Source: Candidatus Rokuibacteriota bacterium (GTDB lineage Bacteria; Methylomirabilota; Methylomirabilia; Rokubacteriales; DASRDR01). From it: DNA of 41,405 bases. Position numbers and translations under genes: made by a program. The DNA lies in contig JBIOTN010000014.1 in NCBI GenBank assembly GCA_044866005.1, positions 1 to 41,405 of the forward strand. Reading direction: 5' to 3'. Under the pieces are notes generated by a model. The model was not told the origin of the DNA. It ran no database searches and worked only from the letters and a program-made list of their open reading frames with translations. This document shows, piece after piece, positions 9,337 through 15,504 of the stretch (its first letter is position 1; each line of letters opens with the position of its first letter).

Positions 9337-10506
9337 ATGATGCAGGCGGCGGAGCGGATGGGGCGGCTCGGCACGGAGTCCGCGTTCGAGGTGCTGGCGC
9401 GGGCGAAGGCGCTCGAGCGGCAAGGAAAGCCCGTGGTCCACCTGGAGATCGGGGAGCCGGACTTCGACACGCCGGCACACATCCGCGAGGCGGCCAAGCG
9501 CGCGCTCGACGCGGGCGCGACGCACTACGGCCCGTCGGCCGGCCTGCCCGAGCTGCGCGAGGCGATCGCCCGGCACGTCGGCGAGACTCGCGGCATCGCC
9601 GTGTCGCCGGACGAGGTGGTGGTCACGCCGGGCGCGAAGCCGATCATGTTCTTCGCGATCCTCGCCCTGGTCAACCGGGGCGACGAGGTCGTGTACCCGA
9701 ACCCCGGCTTCCCCATCTACGAGTCCGTCATCAACTTCGTCGGCGGGGTCCCCGTGCCGATCCCGCTGCTGGAAGAGACCGGGTTCGGCTTCGACCTCGA
9801 GGCGCTCGAGCGTCGGGTCTCCCGCAAGACCCGGCTGCTCGTCATCAACTCACCCCAGAACCCGACCGGCGGGGTGCTGGCGCCCGACGAGGTCGGACGG
9901 ATCGCCGAGCTGGCGCGCCACTACCGCGTCCCGGTGCTCTCCGACGAGATCTATCGCCGCTTCCTCTACGAAGGGCAGTTCGCCTCGATCGCCAGCCTGC
10001 CCGGGATGAAGCCGCAGACGATCATCCTCGACGGCTTCTCCAAGTCCTACGCCATGACCGGCTGGCGGCTCGGCTACGGCGTGATGCCGGTCCCGCTCGC
10101 CGAGCACGTGACGCGGCTCATGACCAACTCCGCCTCGTGCACCGCGACCTTCGTCCAGCACGCCGGGCTGGCGGCGCTTCACGGCGACGACGCGCCGGTG
10201 AAGGCCATGGTGGAAGAGTTCCGCCGCCGGCGCGACCTCATCGTGGACGGCCTGAACCGGCTGCCCGGCGTCTCCTGTACCCGGCCGCGCGGCGCCTTCT
10301 ACGTCTTCCCCAACGTGAAGGCGCTCCGGCGCCCGGCCCGGGAAATCGCGACCTACCTCCTCGACGAGGCCGGCGTGGCCCTCCTCTGGGGGACCGCCTT
10401 CGGCGAGTTCGGCGAGGGCTACCTCCGGCTCTCCTACGCCGCCTCGCGGGACGCGATCGAGCGGGCCCTGGACCAGATGGGGAAGGCGTTGACGCGCCTG
10501 ACCTGA
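9337..10506 (+). CDS. PLP-dependent class I/II aminotransferase (aspartate aminotransferase type)
   Basis: LEIGEPDFDTP, TPGAK, NSPQNPTG, LSDEIY, GFSKSYAMTGWRLG, GAFYVFP, LRLSYA. Confidence 0.95.
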   Translation: MMQAAERMGRLGTESAFEVLARAKALERQGKPVVHLEIGEPDFDTPAHIREAAKRALDAGATHYGPSAGLPELREAIARHVGETRGIAVSPDEVVVTPGAKPIMFFAILALVNRGDEVVYPNPGFPIYESVINFVGGVPVPIPLLEETGFGFDLEALERRVSRKTRLLVINSPQNPTGGVLAPDEVGRIAELARHYRVPVLSDEIYRRFLYEGQFASIASLPGMKPQTIILDGFSKSYAMTGWRLGYGVMPVPLAEHVTRLMTNSASCTATFVQHAGLAALHGDDAPVKAMVEEFRRRRDLIVDGLNRLPGVSCTRPRGAFYVFPNVKALRRPAREIATYLLDEAGVALLWGTAFGEFGEGYLRLSYAASRDAIERALDQMGKALTRLT

Positions 10507-10514
10507 GCGGCACG

Positions 10515-11348
10515 GTGTCCGCCGCCGATCCGGCCGCGGCTGCGCCCGGGCCCGCGCGGGACTTCGTCCCCGCGACCGACGAGCTCCTCTACGAGCGCCG
10601 CGGCGCGGTCGCGCTCCTGACCTTCAACCGCCCGCAGGCGCGCAACGCGATGACGTGGGCGATGTACGAGGGGTTGACCGCCGCCTGCGCGCACGTGGAC
10701 GCCGACGACCGGGTGCGGGTCCTGGTCCTGCGCGGGGCGGGAGACAAGGCCTTCGTCGCGGGGACCGACATCGGCCAGTTCCAGCGCTTCTCGACCCCGG
10801 AGGACGCGCTCGACTACGAGCGTCAGGGGAACCGCCAACTCGATCGGCTGGAGGCGGTCGGCAAGCCGACGATCGCCCTGCTCCGCGGCTACTGCGCCGG
10901 AGGCGGCGCCGGCATCGCGCTGGCGTGCGACTTCCGCCTCGCCGCGCCCGACGTCCGGTTCGGCATCCCGATCGCCCGGACGCTCGGGAACACGCTCTCC
11001 ATGGCCGCGCTGGCGCGTCTCTGCGCGCTCGTCGGCCCCGCTCGGGCCAAGGACCTCCTCTTCACGGCGCGATTCGTCGAGGCCGACGAGGGGAAGACGG
11101 TCGGTCTCTTCAACGAGGTCGTCCCCGCCGACCGGCTCGAGCCTCGGGCGCTCGAGCTCGGCGAGCAGCTCGCCGGCCACGCCCCGCTCACCATCCGTTC
11201 GCTGAAGGAGTCGATCCGGCGGCTGACGGCGCACGGCCGGCCCGAGGAGGTCGACGAGCTGATCCTCATGTGCTACCTGAGCGCGGACTTCAAGGAAGGC
11301 GTGGCCGCGTTTCTCGACAAGCGCCCGCCGCGCTGGACCGGGCGGTAG
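10515..11348 (+). CDS. Enoyl-CoA hydratase/isomerase (crotonase) family
   Basis: TFNRPQARNAM, AFVAGTDI, KPTIALLRGYCAGGG, EGVAAFLDKRPPRWTG; GTG start inferred; the 957-aa ORF call is over-extended at the 5' end. Confidence 0.9.
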   Translation: MSAADPAAAAPGPARDFVPATDELLYERRGAVALLTFNRPQARNAMTWAMYEGLTAACAHVDADDRVRVLVLRGAGDKAFVAGTDIGQFQRFSTPEDALDYERQGNRQLDRLEAVGKPTIALLRGYCAGGGAGIALACDFRLAAPDVRFGIPIARTLGNTLSMAALARLCALVGPARAKDLLFTARFVEADEGKTVGLFNEVVPADRLEPRALELGEQLAGHAPLTIRSLKESIRRLTAHGRPEEVDELILMCYLSADFKEGVAAFLDKRPPRWTGR

Positions 11349-11402
11349 CGGCGTGCGGCTCGACGGCGTGGACCGAGCGAATGCCCTCTGGCGCCCCAAG
11401 CA

Positions 11403-11480
11403 GGCGCTCCGAGCGCCGGCTGCGCCAGCGCAACCTTTCCGCGGGGAGGAATCGGAGGGGGGCGCAGCCCCCCTCCGAGG
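11403..11480. repeat. REP-like multi-hairpin intergenic element, copy 2 (opposite orientation)
   Basis: 12-bp stem TCGGAGGGGGGC-GCA-GCCCCCCTCCGA (11452-11478); on the minus strand it is followed by TTCCTCCCCGCGG and GCGCTGGC-GCA-GCCGGCGC. Confidence 0.75.
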
Positions 11481-11483
11481 CTA

Positions 11484-12683
11484 ATGTACCCGCTGGAGGG
11501 GATCCGCGTGCTGGAGCTCGGCAACTACATCGCCGGCCCCTACTGCGGCATGCTGCTCGCCGACCTCGGTGCCGAGGTCATCAAGGTCGAGAACCCCCGG
11601 GGCGGCGACTTCACCCGCCAGACGGGCCCCTTCCTGCAGGGCGAGAGCGCGGGCTTCCTGGCGCTCAACCGGAACAAGAAGAGCCTCGCCCTGGACCTCA
11701 AGCAGCCGCGCGGCCACGCCCTCTTCCGCGAGCTCGTCCGCACGACAGACGTCCTCGTGGAGAACTTCCGGCCCGGCACCATGAGCGACCTGGGCCTCGG
11801 CTACCCCGCGCTCTCCGCCATCAACCCGCGGCTGGTCATGAGCTCCGCCTCGGGATTCGGCCAGACGGGCGCCTACAGCCCACGCGCCGCGCTCGACCTG
11901 ATCGTCCAGGGGATGAGCGGCCTCATGTCGATCACCGGGGAGCCCGGGCGTCCCCCGGTCAAGGTCGGCGTGCCCATCGCCGACCTCGCCGCCGCCCTCT
12001 TCGGCGCCTACGCCATCCTGGCTGCCCTGCGCGTCCGCGATCGCACGGGCGAGGGCCAGTACATCGACGTGAGCCTCCTCGAGTCCGCGATGGCGCTCGA
12101 GGTGTGGGAGACGGCGCAGTTCTTCGCCACCGGCGAGGTCGCCGAGCCTCTCGGCTCCGCGCACCGGGTGACGGCGCCCTACCAGGCCATGCGGACCGCC
12201 GACGGCTACATCACGGTCGGGGCCACGAGCGAGCGGACGTGGGCCGCGTTGTGCGAGGCGCTCGGCCTGTCGCACCTCGAGCAGGACCCGCGCTTCGCCA
12301 GCGTCTCGGCGCGGCACGCGCGCCACGAGGAGCTGGCCGCGCTCATCGAGGCCGTGACGCAGAAGGCGTCCAGCGCGCACTGGTACCGGCTGCTCGAGGG
12401 CGCCGGGGTGCCTTGCGGCGTCCTCCACACGATCGACGCCGCCGTGGGCGACGAGCAGGTGCGGGCGCGCGGCTTCGTCGTCGAGCTCGCGCACGGCACG
12501 CTCGGCAAGGTCCGCGCCACGGGGTCGCCGGTGCACCTGTCGAAGACGCCCGTACGGCTCGAGCGCGCCGGCCCGCTCCTCGGCGAGCACACCGAGGAGA
12601 TCCTCGCCGCCCTCGGCGTCAGCGTGGCGGAGATCGCGGAGCTGGCACGGACGGGCGTCGTGCCTCGGCCATCTCCGGTATAA
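11484..12683 (+). CDS. Class III CoA-transferase, CaiB/BaiF family
   Basis: PLEGIRVLEL, AGPYCGMLLADLGAEVIKVE, NRNKKSLALDLK, ENFRPG, GFGQTG. Confidence 0.95.
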   Translation: MYPLEGIRVLELGNYIAGPYCGMLLADLGAEVIKVENPRGGDFTRQTGPFLQGESAGFLALNRNKKSLALDLKQPRGHALFRELVRTTDVLVENFRPGTMSDLGLGYPALSAINPRLVMSSASGFGQTGAYSPRAALDLIVQGMSGLMSITGEPGRPPVKVGVPIADLAAALFGAYAILAALRVRDRTGEGQYIDVSLLESAMALEVWETAQFFATGEVAEPLGSAHRVTAPYQAMRTADGYITVGATSERTWAALCEALGLSHLEQDPRFASVSARHARHEELAALIEAVTQKASSAHWYRLLEGAGVPCGVLHTIDAAVGDEQVRARGFVVELAHGTLGKVRATGSPVHLSKTPVRLERAGPLLGEHTEEILAALGVSVAEIAELARTGVVPRPSPV

Positions 12684-12684
12684 T
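12679..12684 (+). promoter_or_regulatory. Consensus -10 (TATAAT) overlapping the CoA-transferase stop codon; probable dedicated promoter for the selenoprotein genes
   Basis: TATAAT ends 21 nt upstream of ATG 12706, with RBS GAGGTG in between. Confidence 0.55.
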
Positions 12685-12705
12685 GATTCTCGGCGAGGTG
12701 AGACG

Positions 12706-13365
12706 ATGGCGATCCTGACGGAGAAGGACCGAGCGGGGGTCAACGCCGAGCTCCAGAAGCTCGCGGGACCCGTCAAGCTCGTCGTCTTCAGCCAGGAGCT
12801 CGGCTCCGAGTACTGCGTCGAGAACGAGCGCCTGGTCCGGGAAGTCGCGGAGTGCTCGGACAAGGTCGCCGTGGAGGTCTTCAACCTCCACATCGACCGG
12901 GAAAAGGCCGCGGCGTACGGCGTCGACCGCGTGCCCGCGATCGTCGTGGAGGGGGCGCGGGACTACGGGATCCGCTTTTTCGGGATCCCGGCGGGCTACG
13001 AGTTCACGAACCTGATCGACGGCATGCTGGTCGCAGCCTCCGGCGAGCCCCGGCTCAGCGCCGAGACCCTGGAGCGGCTCCGCGGCCTGACCTCGCCGGT
13101 CCACATCCAGGTGTTCACCACGCCGACCTGACCCTACTGCCCCCGGGCCGTGCGCCTGGCACACCACCTGGCCGTCGCGTCCGAGCACATTCGCGGCGAC
13201 TGCGTGGAGGCGACGGAGTTTCCGGATCTGGCGCAGCGGTACAGCGTGATGGCGGTGCCGAAGACCGTCGTGAACGAGGCCGTGACGTTCGAGGGCGCGC
13301 TTCCCGAGGCGCAGTTCGTGGAGCAGGTGCTGCGGGCCGCCGGCGGCGCCGGGGGCGCTCGGTGA
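12706..13365 (+). CDS. Two-domain thioredoxin-fold protein disulfide oxidoreductase (PDO/AhpF-NTD-like); selenoprotein with U-P-Y-C (UGA at 13129-13131), 219 aa
   Basis: ORF-track pieces 12706-13131 and 13150-13365 are one frame joined by TGA: ...VFTTPT-U-PYC-PRAVRLAH...YSVMAVPKTVVN...FEGALPE. The TGA occupies the first Cys position of CxxC. Family motifs GVDRVPAI and GIRFFGIPAGYEF. Confidence 0.9.
13132..13161 (+). promoter_or_regulatory. Candidate bacterial SECIS element 1
   Basis: Stem CCGGGC (13143-13148)/GCCTGG (13154-13159), loop CGTGC with G at position 2; stem starts 11 nt after UGA. Confidence 0.65.
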
Positions 13366-13568
13366 GCTGGAGCGAGGTCGGGATCGTGGTGGCCCTGGCG
13401 GCGGCGTGGCTCGTCCTCACTCGCTGGCTCCTGCCACGGTTCGGCGTGCCCACCTGAGGCGCGCCCGGGGGCTTCGGGCCGAAGCCCGGTCGGACGTGTG
13501 GTGCTGCCGCCCCTTCCGCGGAGCCTGCGGCGCCGGCCCGCGGTGACGAGCCGTTCCCGCGCGCCTGA
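13362..13568 (+). CDS. Small membrane protein, candidate selenoprotein (UGA at 13455-13457); 68 aa with readthrough, 31 aa without
   Basis: GTG overlaps the upstream TGA (GTGA coupling). MSWSEVGIVVALAAAWLVLTRWLLPRFGVPT-U-GAPGGFGPKPGRTCGAAAPSAEPAAPARGDEPFPRA*. Hairpin 11 nt after UGA. Confidence 0.6.
13458..13489 (+). promoter_or_regulatory. Candidate bacterial SECIS element 2
   Basis: Perfect 8-bp stem GGGCTTCG (13469-13476)/CGAAGCCC (13480-13487), loop GGC; starts 11 nt after UGA; no U-tract, so not a typical terminator. Confidence 0.55.
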
Positions 13569-13626
13569 GCGCCGCCCCGCGTCCCCCGGCCCGGCTCGCG
13601 CCGGCGCCTCCGCGGCCGCCACACCG

Positions 13627-14034
13627 ATGCTCGACCGGCTGTTCGTCTACGGCACGCTGATGACGGGATTCAGCCGCCGCCCGCTCCTGGGGCCGGCGAT
13701 CCTCGAGGGCCGCGCCCGCGTCCGCGGCTCGCTCTACGACTTCGGCGAGTACCCCGGGCTCGTACTGGACGACGGCGGCTGGGTGCGGGGCGAGCTCTAT
13801 CGCGTCCCCGACCTCGACCACCGTGTCGCCGGGCTCGACCGCGAGGAGGGCTACGAGCCTGCGGCGGAGGCCCGGAGCCTCTACGTGCGCCGCCAGGCGC
13901 CGGTCGAGCTGCCCGAGGGCCCGGCGCGGGCCGCCTGGCTCTACGTCTACAACGGCCCGCCCGGCCGGGGGCCGCGCGTTCCATCCGGTGACTGGCGCGT
14001 TCACGCGGCCGCGCGCCGGCCGCAGTCTCCCTGA
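13627..14034 (+). CDS. Gamma-glutamylcyclotransferase (GGACT/AIG2-like) family protein
   Basis: LFVYGTLM, LYDFGEYPGL, VRGELY, LDREEG, AWLYVYN, SGDW. Confidence 0.9.
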   Translation: MLDRLFVYGTLMTGFSRRPLLGPAILEGRARVRGSLYDFGEYPGLVLDDGGWVRGELYRVPDLDHRVAGLDREEGYEPAAEARSLYVRRQAPVELPEGPARAAWLYVYNGPPGRGPRVPSGDWRVHAAARRPQSP

Positions 14035-14054
14035 GTCGCGCGAAGGAGGCTATC

Positions 14055-15446
14055 ATGGCCACCGCGAATGCCGCCGACCTCGTCAAGAACGACCAGTCGC
14101 ACCTCATCCATCCGCTCCACCACCCCTCGGAGGCCGCCGAGCCGCTCGTCATCGTCGAGGGCCGCGGCGCCGTCATCCGCGACATGCAGGGGCGCGAGTA
14201 CATCGACGGGCTCTCCGGTCTCTGGAACGTGAGCGTGGGGCACGGGCGCGAGGAGCTGGCTCGGGCGGCGCACGAGCAGATGAAGCGGCTGGCGTACTTT
14301 TCGGGGTACGTCGGCCACACGAGCATCCCGGCCGTGGAGCTCGCCACGAAGCTCGTGGGCCTCGCCTACCGCAACCTTTCGGCGGTCTTCTTCACCTGCG
14401 GGGGCGCCGAGGCGAACGAGTCCGCCTTCAAGACCGCCCGCTTTTACTGGAAGGCCAAGGGCAAGCCCGACAAGGTGAAGATCATCGCGCGGCAGAACGG
14501 GTACCACGGGGTCACCCTGCAGGCGATGAGCGCCACCGGGATGGCGCCGTACTGGAAGATGTTCGAGCCGCGCGTGCCCGGCTTCGTCCACATCCCGGCG
14601 CCCTATCCGTACCGGTACCAGGGCGCGCGGCCCGGCGAGTCCGTCGGCCAGGCCGCCGCGCGGGAGCTGGAGGAGGCGATCGTCCGCGAGGGGCCCGACA
14701 CGGTCGCCGCCTTCATCGCCGAGCCGATCATGGGCGCGGGCGGCGTGATCGTCCCGCCGGACGATTACTTCCCGCGCGTCCGCGAGATCTGCACGCGCCA
14801 CCAGGTCCTCTTCATCGCCGACGAGGTCATCACGGGCTTCTGCCGGACCGGGCGGTGGTTCGCGCTCACCCACTGGGGGGTCGAGCCGGACATCATGTCC
14901 TTCGCCAAGGCGGTCACCTCGGGCTACCAGCCGCTGGGCGGCATCATCGTCTCGCAGGACGTCCACGACGCGATGAACGCGGTGCCCGTGGAGAGCCGCT
15001 GGATGCACGCCTACACCTACTCCGGGCACCCCACGTGCTGCGCCGTCGGGCTGGCCAATCTCGAGATCATGGAGCGCGAGCGGCTCTGGGAGCGGGCGGC
15101 GACGATGGGGACGCGTCTCCACGAGGGCCTGCTGCGGCTCCCCAAGGACCTCGCCGCGATCGGCGACGTCCGGGGCGGCAAGGGCTTGCTGGCCGCCGTC
15201 GAGCTGGTCGCCGACCGGACGAGCAAGGCCGGGTTCCCGGCCGACCGGAAGGTCGGCGCGCGGGTGAAGCGCGAGATGGAGAAGCGCGGGCTCGTCACGC
15301 GCATCCGCTCGCTCAACCTCCCCGGTGGGACCACGGCGGAGCAGGTCTTCCTCGCGCCGCCCCTCGTGGTCACCGAGGAGCAGGTGGACCGGATCGTGGA
15401 GACCGTGCGGGCGGCCGTCGCCGCGGTGGTGCCGGACCGGCCGTAG
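14055..15446 (+). CDS. Class III (omega-amino acid) PLP-dependent aminotransferase
   Basis: YIDGLSGLWNVSVGHGR, GAEANE, GYHGVT, AFIAEPIMGAGG, IADEVITGFCRTG, FAKAVTSGY, HAYTYSGHP; RBS AAGGAGG. Confidence 0.95.
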   Translation: MATANAADLVKNDQSHLIHPLHHPSEAAEPLVIVEGRGAVIRDMQGREYIDGLSGLWNVSVGHGREELARAAHEQMKRLAYFSGYVGHTSIPAVELATKLVGLAYRNLSAVFFTCGGAEANESAFKTARFYWKAKGKPDKVKIIARQNGYHGVTLQAMSATGMAPYWKMFEPRVPGFVHIPAPYPYRYQGARPGESVGQAAARELEEAIVREGPDTVAAFIAEPIMGAGGVIVPPDDYFPRVREICTRHQVLFIADEVITGFCRTGRWFALTHWGVEPDIMSFAKAVTSGYQPLGGIIVSQDVHDAMNAVPVESRWMHAYTYSGHPTCCAVGLANLEIMERERLWERAATMGTRLHEGLLRLPKDLAAIGDVRGGKGLLAAVELVADRTSKAGFPADRKVGARVKREMEKRGLVTRIRSLNLPGGTTAEQVFLAPPLVVTEEQVDRIVETVRAAVAAVVPDRP

Positions 15447-15504
15447 AGACGTTGCCAGCGCCGGGCCGCGGGCGTAGGCTGGGGGTCTGACGGGAGGCGA
15501 CACC

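Noticed and set aside
8475..10514. Apparent 957-aa fusion ending in a crotonase (also the 1048-aa porin, 884-aa EEP and 627-aa binding-protein ORFs)
   Set aside because: The N-terminal extensions are off-frame reads through upstream genes; only the C-terminal parts are real
13150..13365. Separate 71-aa ORF, or a nonsense-mutated thioredoxin pseudogene
   Set aside because: In frame with 12706-13131; the TGA sits at the catalytic Cys position with a SECIS-like hairpin, so Sec readthrough explains it better
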